The translations under genes and the position numbers were made by a program. 64,000 bases of DNA from an uncultured candidatus Porisulfidus sp. GTDB taxonomy: Bacteria; Pseudomonadota; Gammaproteobacteria; Poriferisulfidales; Oxydemutatoraceae. The stretch spans positions 288,001-352,000 of the forward strand of contig OZ244052.1 in the NCBI GenBank assembly GCA_965215125.1. The letters are read 5' to 3'. Positions within the stretch are counted from its first letter, which is position 1. The number at the start of each line of letters is the position of its first letter. Shown here one piece after another: positions 17,860 through 31,000 of this stretch. The notes under the pieces are model-generated. The model did no database searches. It was not told the origin of the DNA and saw only the letters and a list, made by a program, of their open reading frames with translations.

Positions 17860-18612
17860 TCAACCCTGATCGTGCATATCGCATATACGCTGGGCCGACT
17901 CGGGCAGGTTGTCGGGACAACGACCGCACATCTCATTGCCGGGCACCGCGTAATCCATCTTTTGCGGTTTAGGAAACTCCAACGAGTCCATCAGCGCGAT
18001 AAACTGTGTTCGGGTCGTTCCGACTTTAAGACGCGGGTTGCGCATTTTTTCTTGACCTACGGTACTGATTCGGCGATTCTCGTAATCGTGGCCGGGATAG
18101 ACCAAAGTATCTTCGGGAAGGCTGAATATCTTGTCGTAAATGCTATCGTACAGAGTGCCGGAATCGCCCGATTGGAGGTCGGTTCTGCCACAGCCTTCTA
18201 TCAATAGCGCATCACCGGTGAAAATCATTTTGTGTATGCCGTCGTCTATTAAGTAAGCATAATGGGTGTCGGTATGCCCCGGAGTAAACAACGGATGGAA
18301 TTCTATATGCCCTATTTTCAGTGCCGTTCCTTCCTGCACCCCTATATCCCGGCACGGAAGTTGGTCGGCTTCGGCACCTACCAGTTTGCAATCGGTCAAC
18401 GATTTAAGTTTCAACCCACCGGTAATATGGTCGGCGTGTATATGTGTCTCTATCGCATAATTCAAATTTAAGCCCAATTCTCTAATCGTCTCCAAGTCAC
18501 GCTCGAAAACATCGAGCACCGGATCTACGAGTGCCGTGATGCCGGTCTCGGTACACGCAATTAGGTAAGTATAAGTACTGGATTGGGATTCAAAAAGTTG
18601 TTTGAATATCAT
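17860..18612 (-). CDS. Persulfide dioxygenase (ETHE1/Sdo-like MBL-fold protein)
   Basis: STYTYLI, ETHIHADHITG, TPGHT, FTGDALLIEGCGRTD, YPGHDY. Confidence 0.88.
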   Translation of the reverse strand: MIFKQLFESQSSTYTYLIACTETGITALVDPVLDVFERDLETIRELGLNLNYAIETHIHADHITGGLKLKSLTDCKLVGAEADQLPCRDIGVQEGTALKIGHIEFHPLFTPGHTDTHYAYLIDDGIHKMIFTGDALLIEGCGRTDLQSGDSGTLYDSIYDKIFSLPEDTLVYPGHDYENRRISTVGQEKMRNPRLKVGTTRTQFIALMDSLEFPKPQKMDYAVPGNEMCGRCPDNLPESAQRICDMHDQG

Positions 18613-18678
18613 CGCGCTACTCTCTTTGCTGAAGTTGGATCAAATACATAGTATACTAGCTTAAATACCGAAAATATT

Positions 18679-18915
18679 ATGGGAACCGAAGAAATCAAGA
18701 ATCTAATAACCGCAGGCTTACCGAATGCACAGATTGATGTAGATGGTAGCGACGGCAAATACCAAGTCAAAATCATCAGTACGGCTTTTGAGGACTTAAC
18801 TCAGGTACAGCGACATCGGGCGGTTTATGCAACGATTCAAGCCCAAATACAAAGCGGCGAACTGCACGCGTTGAGTATAGAAGCCCTGACACCCTCGGAA
18901 GCCGAGCAACGATAG
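18679..18915 (+). CDS. BolA/IbaG family protein
   Basis: IISTAFEDLTQVQRHRAVY...LHALSIEALTP. Confidence 0.9.
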   Translation: MGTEEIKNLITAGLPNAQIDVDGSDGKYQVKIISTAFEDLTQVQRHRAVYATIQAQIQSGELHALSIEALTPSEAEQR

Positions 18916-18917
18916 CA

Positions 18918-19532
18918 CTAATTATCTCTGAAAACCCGACGCTCTAAGCGATATGCGGATAAGCCTTGTTGCTTTGAATAATAGAGCGACAATAATTTCA
19001 TATCCGCGTCGTTCAGTGTGGTGATCATCCCCATCATGATAGGGTTTTTGCGTTTGCCGTTCTTATAATCAAGCAAGGATTGATAAAGATAATCCCGATA
19101 TTGTCCCGATAAACGCGGGTATTCGGGTAGCGGACTATTGCCGTCCATACCATGACAACCTGCACAGACTGCGAGTTTGGCATTGAGTTCCTCGGAAAGC
19201 TGAGGAGACTGGGAAGCCGAAACGACAGTCTCCGAACCCGAGAAATAAGCAGCGATATCCGCCATATCCGTTTCCGATAAACCGGCGGCATGGGCACGCA
19301 TTGTCGGGTGACTACGCTCGCCGGATTGGTATGCCTTTAAGGCAGCGACTATATAGGGAGCATGCTGACCGACCAGTTTAGGTACGTGATAACTAGGATA
19401 GATATTGCCGTAACTCGGCACACCATGACAACCCAAGCAGGTTTGCGCTTTCAATCTTCCGCTTTCGGCATCTCCGGCATTCACAAACGGCGATAATATA
19501 AGTAAGCAAAGAACGTAAAAACGATACTTCAT
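18918..19532 (-). CDS. Diheme cytochrome c4-like protein
   Basis: Signal peptide, two CxxCH motifs (CLGCH, CAGCH), PKLVGQ/PRLSGQ. Confidence 0.9.
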   Translation of the reverse strand: MKYRFYVLCLLILSPFVNAGDAESGRLKAQTCLGCHGVPSYGNIYPSYHVPKLVGQHAPYIVAALKAYQSGERSHPTMRAHAAGLSETDMADIAAYFSGSETVVSASQSPQLSEELNAKLAVCAGCHGMDGNSPLPEYPRLSGQYRDYLYQSLLDYKNGKRKNPIMMGMITTLNDADMKLLSLYYSKQQGLSAYRLERRVFRDN

Positions 19533-19614
19533 AAAAACTCCCTAAATGATTTAATATAAAGTAGCTATCATGCCAAAATATCGGAAAATGTCCATAGTTT
19601 TAGTTTGTTTTTGA

Positions 19615-20679
19615 TTGAATATGCCGCCAACCCCGCATAAACCTCCGCAAAAAATTTGTATCCTGCGATTGTCCGCAATCGGAGATGTCGTACAAGCATC
19701 TATCGCGGTCAACGCGCTCAAATCGTCGCATCCTCAACTTGAACTCACTTGGATTATAGGAAAAACCGAATACGAATTGTTAGCCCATCTGGACGATATC
19801 AATTTTATAGTCTTTGATAAAGACAAGGTTTTGAGGTCTTATAAACTGATTGCCGAACGATTGTCCGGTAGAAAATTTGATGCCCTGCTCCTGATGCAAT
19901 ACTCGTTACGCGCCGGTCTGCTCAGCCTTTTAGTCAAAACACCGTTGCGCATAGGCTATCCGCACCGGTTATCTAGAGAGTTTCATAGTCTGTTTGTTAA
20001 TCAACATATAAAGATGCCGACCGGCAAGCATGTATTGGATATTTATTACGGTTTTGCCGAAGCATTAGGCATAAAGGCGCGGACAAATACCGTCCCCAAC
20101 TATTATCTGCCGGACGATACCCGATTTGCCGAACGCAACTTAGCCCAAGACAAGAAAATACTGTTGATCAGCCCGTGTTCCAGCCATAGCTTCAAAAACT
20201 GGCTACCCGAACGTTATGCGGAGATCGCTCAAATTGCAATGCAACGATACAACATGCATGTCGTATTAGTAGGCGGCGATAGTCAAACCGAACGGGTGTA
20301 CGCAACACGCATACAACAATACCTCCGTACACCCTGCGCCAGCTTAATAGGGAAAACCAGCCTGCGGCAATTAGCCGCCGTCGTTGCACATAGCCATCTA
20401 GTGATCGCACCCGACTCGGCAATCGTACATATCGCCTCTGCGCTACAAACTCCGGTCATCGGACTCTATGCGGCAACCGATGCCGAGCGTAGCGGTCCCT
20501 ATCGTTATCTAGATCGGTGCGTCAATCGCTACCCCGAGGCATTGGAAAAATACTGCGGTAAATCCATAAAAGATGTGCGTTGGGGGAAACATATAAAAAA
20601 ATCCAATGCAATGGAGTTAATCAACACACGATCGGTGATTGCACAACTTGACCGTATTATGGAGGCCGGAGAATGTTAA
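19615..20679 (+). CDS. GT9 family LPS heptosyltransferase
   Basis: ILRLSAIGDV, KNWLPERY, GKTSLRQL, PDSAIVHIA. Confidence 0.88.
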   Translation: MNMPPTPHKPPQKICILRLSAIGDVVQASIAVNALKSSHPQLELTWIIGKTEYELLAHLDDINFIVFDKDKVLRSYKLIAERLSGRKFDALLLMQYSLRAGLLSLLVKTPLRIGYPHRLSREFHSLFVNQHIKMPTGKHVLDIYYGFAEALGIKARTNTVPNYYLPDDTRFAERNLAQDKKILLISPCSSHSFKNWLPERYAEIAQIAMQRYNMHVVLVGGDSQTERVYATRIQQYLRTPCASLIGKTSLRQLAAVVAHSHLVIAPDSAIVHIASALQTPVIGLYAATDAERSGPYRYLDRCVNRYPEALEKYCGKSIKDVRWGKHIKKSNAMELINTRSVIAQLDRIMEAGEC

Positions 20680-20698
20680 TGCGACACTGCGTACAAGG

Positions 20699-21835
20699 CT
20701 ATAGTCGACAATACTCAATGACGAAATTTGCAATTTGTTCGGGGTCGTTGATGTCTAGAATCGGAATTGTAATATCGGACGGTGGATCCTCATCGGTAGC
20801 AAGCGCAACCACATGGGAGTCTCGGCTATACATATAGGGGTGATCCAGACCGCGCCGATGTAGTTCTATTTTAGCAAAGGTCTCGCGCTTAAAACCTTCA
20901 ACCAAAACAATATCAAGGCTTTGGCGAGTAATAATATCGACGAGTTCGTCCAAGGTCGCTTCTTCGTTCTCACTTAAATGCTCGTTAATCAACGCCCACC
21001 GCCTACTCGACGACACGAGCATATTTTTGGCACCTGCTTTTCTAAGTTCATAACTATCTTTACCCGGCTGGTCGGTGTCAAAATTGTGGTGCGCGTGCTT
21101 AACAATACCCAACTTAAACCCTTTGTCCTTTAATATAGGAATGATTTGCTTGAGCAAAGTAGTTTTCCCGGTTCCGCTGTGGGCGCAAAAACCTATAATC
21201 GGCGGAGTGCTGTCGTTTGTGTTTATCATTTCCATTTCCAGTTTCTTGAGATCTTCGGGTGTGTTGATATTCCTGAAAGCATCTACGCTATCATCAAAAT
21301 TGCAACTAACCGTTTTAAGTTTATCAAACCACCGATCTATTTTACGTCCCCCTTGCGCCAAATATTCCGACAAAGAAGGCCTTAGATTCGTTTTTATCAA
21401 ACAGAAAACCGGATGAATCCGTTTTCCGTCGTCGGCAACCGCAATATCGGCATCATATTCTATCAAGGTATTATATAAACGCTGCGCCAAATCCGTCGGA
21501 GGATGCGGCGTGTCGCAGGGACACACCAACAAATAAGATGTTCGTACATCACGCAATGCACTCGCTATTCCCGCTAAAGGTCCCATAAAATCCTCGTTTT
21601 CATCGGTGATAACCGGATAGCCGTATTTTTGATACTCCTCTAAATTCCGATTTGCATTGATCAATACATTGCCGGCTTGCACGGCAATACGCTCGATTAC
21701 ATGTTCTATCAGAGGACGACCTGCCAACATTATTAAACCTTTATCGGAATGTCCCATACGCGAACCTCGTCCACCTGCCAAAATCACGGCACTTAAATTT
21801 TCTTTCGCCCTTAACACTGAACTATCAAATGTCAT
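20699..21835 (-). CDS. mobAB: Fused molybdenum cofactor guanylyltransferase MobA / MobB
   Basis: ILAGGRGSRMG..DKG, GPLAGI and NINTPEDL (MobA); SGTGKTTL, KHAHHNFD..GKDS and LVEGFK (MobB). Confidence 0.9.
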   Translation of the reverse strand: MTFDSSVLRAKENLSAVILAGGRGSRMGHSDKGLIMLAGRPLIEHVIERIAVQAGNVLINANRNLEEYQKYGYPVITDENEDFMGPLAGIASALRDVRTSYLLVCPCDTPHPPTDLAQRLYNTLIEYDADIAVADDGKRIHPVFCLIKTNLRPSLSEYLAQGGRKIDRWFDKLKTVSCNFDDSVDAFRNINTPEDLKKLEMEMINTNDSTPPIIGFCAHSGTGKTTLLKQIIPILKDKGFKLGIVKHAHHNFDTDQPGKDSYELRKAGAKNMLVSSSRRWALINEHLSENEEATLDELVDIITRQSLDIVLVEGFKRETFAKIELHRRGLDHPYMYSRDSHVVALATDEDPPSDITIPILDINDPEQIANFVIEYCRL

Positions 21836-22034
21836 ACTGCCATTATACACAGTGGGGTTATCACAAATTAATAAACGAATAAATGTTGGTACGACCACAA
21901 CATAATCAATGTATGTAGGGAAGGTTTTATATTTTGTGATGTACGAAATTTAGCGATCGCGTTAAGGTTCCGTATAACATCATGCCGATTAACCTGCCGG
22001 CTTCATCGGCGACTCTATGCAACAAGTGTCGGTT

Positions 22035-25000
22035 CTACTCTGTTCCTACAGGTAATAATCCTTCCAGTAGGACTCTAATATGAAGATAAATTTTTAGCAT
22101 CGTCGCTCTAAAAGTACTATAGATTGTTTCATCGGATGCAACGCTTTCTCGATAGCCTTGGTCATCGGTGTAGCTTGCAAACACGCGATAAGGGTGATCT
22201 ATTTCCGCTACATGCGGAGTATAGCTTGTTCCGGTTTCGCCGTTTATATCGACCCAGCGAGTTCTTTCGTACTTTTGCCATTGGTATTGGATAGTATCCG
22301 GATATGTAACACCGTCAAGGTCTTGCGACAGCAAACTATCTATCTCGGGAACCGCATAACTCTCATCTTGCAAAATAGGTGCCGGAAGACTCACTATAGC
22401 ACCGTTGTTCTTTTTGCTTATGTACAACGATATACTTTTTTTAACGCTGGCCGTATCGTCTGCTACGGTCAAATCAAATATTATTCGGTCGTCGTCTTGC
22501 GCTGCATCCAATAGATTTTCGGGTATCTTAAAGGATAAATCGGCAGTACCCTGATCGGTTATGATGCCGGATAGTCTATCCACTGCGGATAGTATATCGA
22601 CACCCGAATGTTGCGACCATCGATATCTTAAAGGATTGTCGTCGGGATCTCCGGTGGAAACATCCAAGATAATATCTTCTCCTTCGTCGAGCCGCTCTCT
22701 CGGTATCACATCAATTGCCACTTGTGGAAAACGATTATTGACCGAAAGCGTATATTGAACGGGTAATGCACGTTGCGTTAGCGTATGAATGACGATTACG
22801 GTTGTAGTCATTGCGTGCAAGGTAATCGGGGGACTAAGCTCGCCACTTGACACCGTGAAATCGTTAATACGAACATCGGCATTAAGTGCAATCGGTAATA
22901 CTCTAAGATAGGGTGTATCGTCGGCAATCGTAACATCATAATGGAAAATTTCGGGATTGAAACGAGGGAACATCCGCGCCGGATCGGACAATGTCAAATC
23001 GATCAAACCAATGCGTTGAAACGGCAATAATTCACCGGACGCATCTTTGAGAACAGGATATTGAGATTCATCGCCGAAATCCCAATCAATGTTATTCCAT
23101 CCGTAATAGACTTCGGTCAAAGTCGTGCCGGGCGCGGTAGGTCGTTGCATTTGTGCAGTACTTAAAGCGATACCGTATGGACTATTGCTCGCTCGGTTTG
23201 CCTCTACATTCCAATAGCTATTCATAATTGCCTCGGGATTTAACTTCAAGCCCAAACCTACGAGTCCACCGACATCGTCGCCGGCAACCACTTGACCGAC
23301 CATATAGCTATTGCTTAGTGTGATATTGGTACCCAGACCGATCAAACCACCCACTACACTATTGCCGACGATATTGCCGTTTATATAGTTGTTATTAATA
23401 ATTCCCTCTAAATCGTAAGCTACCAAACCACCTATCAGCATGTCGCCTTCGACATCAACGCGTGCATAACTATTTCTAATCTTACCGCTTCGGTTAAAAC
23501 CAACCAAGCCGCCTACGATATGATCACCCGCTATACTACCGATTACATAGCTATTGCTAATCATCCCCCCGATATTACTACCTACCAATCCACCGATATT
23601 AGACTCACCACGAATGTCGGTATGCAGTAAGCCGATATTATTAATTTTAGCGGTATTTCCTTTAACACCGAAGAAACCTACATCGTAATCACCGGACTTG
23701 ATTGTTAAATTAGAAATTGTATAGCCGTTGCCGTCAAAGTTTGCAACAAAAGAATTGCTTGCATCCCCGATGGGTTGCCAACCTCGACCTTCCGACCAGA
23801 CTTTTTTGTTCACCGACGGATTACGATAGCTCGCATCGTGCTTGAAGTCCAGACTTCTAATTAATTCATAGCCTTTGCAACCGGATATCGGACAACCTTG
23901 CGAAATTATTTGATCTGCGAAACTTTCTTTATAACCGCTACCGTCCAACACATAACGTATTGCGTTGAGCTCCTCCAGTGCTCCGATTTCTATCAAACCG
24001 TCGCCGTCTCTGTCCACATTTTTAATATAGTTAATCGTTTTTGAAAATGTGGTATTACTATAACCCTGTCCGTCTATATAGGTGACTTTCACGCGATGGG
24101 TGGTACTGCCTGTAGTATTCGATGCGAAGCTGTATGTTTTATAGCTTGCATCGAGAATGTCTTGCCAGCTTGTACCTATCCTTCGCTGCCATTGGTAGCT
24201 AATATCGCCTTCATCGCCGACACCGTCCGGATCGCCGGACAATTCTATTTTTGGAGCAGACATTGTGAATGCACCGATAAATTCGGGAGCATCTATAGCA
24301 ACACCTCCGTTGTTTCGCTTTTTTATTCGTATCGGTATATCCATCTCCGTTGCGTCCACACCGTCGCTGACTGTCACTCTCAAAATCACCTCGTCATTCG
24401 TAGTGGATTGTGCTACTAAATCTTCGGGAACTATAAAATCCAAATTTGGGTTCATCTTTTGTTCAAAGTTCAACGATAAAGGCGGTCCCGATAATTGTTC
24501 CCACTCGTAGCGCAATAAATCGGCTTCGTTGTTATCGCTGCTACCCGAAGCATCCAAACCGATACGCATACCCTCGCTCGCTTCACCGGCATCCGGTATG
24601 CCGGAAATCATCACCTCGGGAGCATGGTTCACATGCAACTCGTAGCGCCCCATCCTCTGGTCGGGTTCTACCAAATCTATCGTAATCAAATTCGTCGCGG
24701 TCTCTTTGAGAGGGATTGAAACCCGCTCACCGGTAGTTACCGCTTTTATAAAAATACCGTTCTTCCCGATCCTACTCCCGATGTTCGGGTTCTCCGCTAT
24801 CGGAATGAACTCTATGCTATCGGCATCGTTTAGCACGACCTTATAAACCAATATTTTCGGGTCAAAAGTAGGCACTAATCTCGCACCTCCCAATAAAATC
24901 AATTGTACTAAACCGGTAGATTTATCTTGATTCGATAATAAAATATCACAACGCAGTAATTGCAAAATGCTGCACTCGCCTTTCACGGGTGCGTACTTTA

Positions 25001-28000
25001 GATAGGGATACTGAACCTTAGTGCCGAAATCCCAATCGTCGCTACTCCAATCGTAATAAACCTCAAATGCGGTGTCACCCGCCTCGGTAGGTGATTGTAA
25101 CTGTACGGTGGTTTTAGAAGTGCCACCGGCACTGGTTTTGACACCACTCGTGGTGACATTCCAATAACTGTTCTTAGTGTCGATATAACGACGGCTTCTA
25201 CCTACCAAGCCACCCAAGCCATCGCTGCCGTTACTCCAAACCCTCCCTATTGCATAACTATTTTCAATAACGGATGCATCGTTTATCCCGACCAAACCAC
25301 CGATGTATCCGAGATTATGCTCTCGGCATCTCGCCGTAGGAACGGTCCTGAGTAATACATCACCGGTGGCATAGCTATTCTCGATTTTACCGTGGGTGCC
25401 GCGACTATATCCAACCAAACCACCTGCACCACAAGGACTGTTTACATCACCCTTTGCATAGCTATGAGTGATCGTTGCAGTGTTGATATTTTGACCTACT
25501 AAGCCGCCGGCGATAACAAAACTGTCATCAACGCTTCTCGCGTATACAGCAACATTTGCATAGCTATTTATGACCAAAGCGGAAAAATTGCCGCCACCGT
25601 CGTTGGTCCCGATCAAACCACCTACACCGTATCGGGAACCTTCGACTTGACTTTCTACAGCATAGCTGTCGGAAACAATTCCTTTATTGATGCCGACCAA
25701 ACTCCCGATATTGCCGCGGCCTATTATACTGGCATAAACTAAACCAATTCCATCGATCTCGGCGGTACCCGACGTTGCACCGAATAAACCTATCACATCG
25801 CTGCGTCGACTATTTATGTTCAAGTTGAAAATCTTATAATGATTACCTTTGAATATCGCAGTAAACGGTTTGCTCTCGCTACCTACCGGTTTCCAAAGTT
25901 CCCCTCGTAAATCCAAGTCTTTGCTTAGTTCATATCCTCTGCAGCCGGTTTCGGGGCAGCCGACCGTACTCGTAGTCGCACCGATATTGCGGCGATAGCT
26001 ACTGCCGTCCAACGCATAATACATCGCATACAAATCTTGCACATCGTGTATTTCTATCAGACCGTCACCATCTTTATCTATATCGGTCGCAGTAAATGCC
26101 TCGGAATCCATATTCTCATGTATATACCCTTGCCCATCTACATAACTAATCAATACACGATAGCGTGTGGCATCGAGTACCGATGCAGGAATTGCATAAT
26201 ACCTTGCGGTTGCGCCGCGAATATTACGCCAATGTGCCGCTGCGATCGGGGCTAAACTTTGCCATTGATAAGCGACGGTCTTGGGATCACCGCCACTGTC
26301 GGGATCCGAGGACAATTCTACCGATGCGGTCAATTCGGTATCCCGTAAAACGGGTGCACTAAACCGCTTAGTCACAGACCCATTGTTGCGTTTATTGATT
26401 ATCAACGGCAGATCTTTTTTCATTACCGAGTCGCCGGCTTTTACTTCTAGTGTCAGTATTGTCTCGCTATAGAGTACAGTTTTTGCCAACAGATCCACCG
26501 GCACGGTAAAATCTAAAACAGCTCGGTTTGTGACCACACTCGACAACATAGAAGGTCCCGATGTTTGTGTCCAAAGATATTCGAACGAACCGTTGTCCAA
26601 ATGATGACTCCCGTCCAGCATAATCCGCTCTCCTTCTTCAATCGCTCGGCGAGGAATACCCGAAATTTGCATAGCAGGGGAACGATTTACGACAAATTTA
26701 TACAAGACCGACCGACGACTTTCGGTTTCTACCGTCACCGCAATATTGGTGGCACCGCTGTGAGCAAGCGGTATGTCCACGATTATGAAGCCTAGCTGCT
26801 TGCCGATCAAATCTCCGGTGTTAACAGTGATTTTAGCGTTGTCGTGGATCGCGATTGCTTGTAATCTTATTAGATCGGTCTCGGGCGGCACTGTGAGTTG
26901 ATAATCAAATACATGGGTATTGAAAGCCGGAAATATTAGGACTTCGTCGGATACTATCAAACGATACAAGCCGTCGCGCTGATGAGGCAATAAAGTATCG
27001 TCACCATTTGCATATTTAAGCGCAGGATACTGCTTCGTACTGCCGAAATCCCAATCGCGACGAGGCCAATCATAATAAACATCTCCTGCAACAATTCCGG
27101 CAGTAACAGGCGTTTTAAGTGCTTCGCTACCAAGACCTATGCCGTGCGTGCCAACCGTTATTCCACTCGTCTTTATATCCCAATAGCTATGGACGATTGT
27201 TCCGCTTGATACCGAACCTATTAAGCCGCTTGCCGGTGAACCTCCATCCAAGCGCACACCCCCTATCGCATAGCTATTTTCTATGACACCTTTATTCAAA
27301 CCCACTAGACCGCCACCGTGGCTTCTCCCGGTAATTCGGTTCATCGCATAACTGTTTGCAATCTTGGCTTGATTTTCTCCTATCAACCCGCCGAGATATT
27401 CAATACCCGATATTTGTCCACCGGTATAACTGTTCAGTATTGTTCCGGTGTTTTTCCCGACCAAACCGCCGGCACGATCTATTGCCGATAGACGCCCGAT
27501 CGAATAGCTATTTACTATTTTCCCACCGTCATTGCTACCGACTAAACCACCGACTAGAGAAGCACCTTTGATATCGAAGTTTAGTAAGCCGATGCCGTCA
27601 ATTTCTGCATTTTCGGCTATCACACCGAATAAACCTACGGAATTGGTATTGCTCCTTGTGATTATTAGATTAGAGATGCTATAACCATTGCCCTTGAATA
27701 GGCAGTTCAAAGGTTCGCTGCCGAGACTACCGATCGGCTGCCAACCCTGTCGTGAAGTAAATAGGGTTTTATTGCTATTGGGATCGCGATAACTCTCGTC
27801 AAGTGCAAAATCCAAATCTCGAACTAATTCATAACCTCGACAACCGTCAACAGCACAACCCGTAGTAACCGGTCTTGCTTCGTCTCTCGTTTGATACGCC
27901 GCGCCGCTCGGCTGATAACGCACCGCATACAAGTCTTCCAAATAGTTTATTTCTATCAAACCGTCGTCGTCGTCGTCTATATCTCTGACGACATCCGACA

Positions 28001-31000
28001 TCGGAAGATCCGCTACAGTCAAGCTATATACTATACCGGCTACTTCGATCGTGATTACGGTTTCATCCTCTGGCTTCAACAAAATAGAAGGAATTGTTTC
28101 ACCGCTGTTGCCGACGGCATGGACACTATCGCTCACCTTGACGGTAATCTTGGTATCGCCGACAAATGCGGTCGGAATAAGATTAATATGTGATTCTCCT
28201 TGGTTGAGAACCAAACGATAATTGAAATGCGAAAACTCAAAGGGCGGAGACATGTGCGAAGGTTCCGATACTTCCAAACTTCTCAGCCCGTAAGGTAGTA
28301 ACAAGGAACCGCAATTCGGCAATTCACGAGCGATGCTACAAGCGGCGCGCATATTGAGAGCCGAAGATGTATATTTTAGCGTTGGATATTGGTTTGTATC
28401 ACCGAAATGCCAGTCCTCATTACGCCACCGATAATAAGGTAAAAACGAAACCTCCGATGCGGCGATAGGTGCTTTGAGCACGGATGTGCCGAAACCCTCG
28501 CCTCCCGCACTATGCCGCACACTGCTAAGATGGGTATCCCAGTAACTGTGTGTAATCAAACCACTATCTCCGACACCCGATAAGCCACCGACACGGACGC
28601 GCCCGACCATAGAGACAGCAGCATAGCTATTACCGACGGCACCGCTATTAATGCCTACCAGACCACCGACGGTTCTCGATCCCGATACACTGCCCAAGGC
28701 ATAGGTATTATTGATCGTGCCGGAGTTAGCCCCCACCAAACCACCAATGTTATGACCGCCCGATACTTCACCGTCGGTATAGCTATTGATAATCCTCGCA
28801 TCGCTTTCGTTGAGACCGACTAAGCCACCGACAGAAACGGTTCCACTTACCGTATTAATCGCATAACTATTGATGATTGTCCTCCCGGTGTTGTTAACGC
28901 CGACCAAACCACCGACGACATCACCTCCTTCCACATTGTTGAAAGCGAAGCTGTTGACGACTTGATTGTCGTTGTAACCAACCAAACCGCCGATTTGAGT
29001 ACTATCGCCATCTCGTGCGTATCCTACAATACGCCCCCTTGCATAGCTACTATGGACTACACCCTGATTTATGCCGACCAAACCGCCGGCGCGAACATTG
29101 CCTCGCAATAGCACCGCGGCAAAACTCGCATTTATTTCCGCACCTATCACATTGCGTCCGGTCATACCGCCCACCTCTTGATATCCGACTACACTGCCGT
29201 CGGTTTGACTTGATTCAATGTTTCCCCCATTGACGGCAACCAAGCCACCGACCCGGTGCCTTCCTCTAATATCAATATCGGATAAAACAACATTATTTAT
29301 TAGGGCTTCGTCGGATAGCCGGGCGAACAAAGCAACATCGTCGGTTTGCGGTCTATTAATCGTCAAATTAGAAATCGTATAACCGTCACCGTTGAATCTA
29401 CCGATGAAGGGATTTTTTTCACCGCCTATGGGTAACCATCCCCGACCCTCAATCCAAGTAGTTCTATAATGAATTGCATTGCGATAGCTTAAAGGATCCT
29501 CAAAATCCAGATCCCTCACCAACTCATAACCTACGCACCCACCTGTCGCACAGCCTGAAGTAACCCTACTTTCATTGAAATCTGTCCTATAGCCGCTGCC
29601 GTCCGGTTGATAACGGATCGCGTACAGATCTTCTAAATAGTTAAGCTCTATCAAACCATCGCCGTCTTTGTCCACCCGATCGCCTGCGTTTAGAAAACCG
29701 TGATTCGCCGCTACTATAGTGTATCGAACCGTCTCGTCGTTTTCGGTTCGTACAACGATTGTAATCGTAGTTGTACCGATCGCATTCAAAGGAATTGCCG
29801 AACTCGTAGTTGCGTTTGCTAAGTTCTCCGAGAAAGAATTATCGTCGCTTATTTCAATTAACGAATTATTACCTAGCTCGATACTTTTACCGTAAGTAAT
29901 CGGAACGAAGCGAATGTGATCGTTATCGGCATAGACTGTCACCCGATAATCGGATGTCCGGTTATGAAATTCCGGCAACAAATTGAGCCCTTCACCGACA
30001 ACGTACAAATCGGCTAAGCCGATACGCTGACCGAGGACTAAGGTGCCACATACAATCCCCGACAACATACCACACGCCGCCTCATTCGCCAATAAATTCG
30101 TTATTGCAATACCCTTTACATGCTTGAGATGCGGATAGAATCCTGTTTCAAAATGCCAAGCCGTGTTGCTCCAACCGGCATAAACATCTTTATGCGGCAA
30201 CATTTTCAGACTGGCGGTATCAAGCCCCGAGTTACCTAAAGTGCTTGTCCTTATTCCGCTGGTCTGTATATTCCAATAGTTTCGGGAATATACAATCCCG
30301 CTATTAGCCCCGGCAAAACCGCCGACATTCGTACCGTCTCCGTTCACTTTGCCGATTGCATAATTATTGGTAATTATACCTCTTTGACTATTACTACCTA
30401 CAAATCCACCTACATTATCTATACCTTCGACATCACCGTGCGCATAGTTGTTTCGAATAACACCTCCTACATTGGTGCCCACAAATCCACCTATATCGTT
30501 ATTTTCTGCTACCACATCACCCGTTGCATAACAGCCGGTGATGTTACCCTCGTTGGATCCGATTAGCCCACCGATGTAATATGCACCTTTCACGGAGATG
30601 TCTGCGTGGCTTGTAACGATTGCCGCATCGCTCTCACCGACTAAACCGCCCACGCGATACTGTCCGGTAACTTCGCCCCGTGCACGAATGTTGACAATCA
30701 CACCGTGACTCATACCGACTAAAGCACCTACCTTGTTATTGCCGGTAACCGTTATATCGGATAAACCGATATTACCGATTCTGCCATCCTCACCGAGCAC
30801 ACCGATTAAACCGACGGCATCGGTATCGGGTCGATTGATTTTTAAATTTGAGATTTTTTTGTTATTTCCGTCAAACACGGCAGTGAACGAATCCCGTTCG
30901 TCGCCTATAGGTAACCAGCCTTCGTCCGAGGCCCGGATTTTTTTATTCATCGTATCGGTGCGATAACTCTTATTGTCTGCAAAATCTAAACTTTTGGCTA

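Noticed and set aside
20699-21835. MobA-MobB fusion and non-AUG infC start as novelties
   Set aside because: Both are already well known in bacteria.
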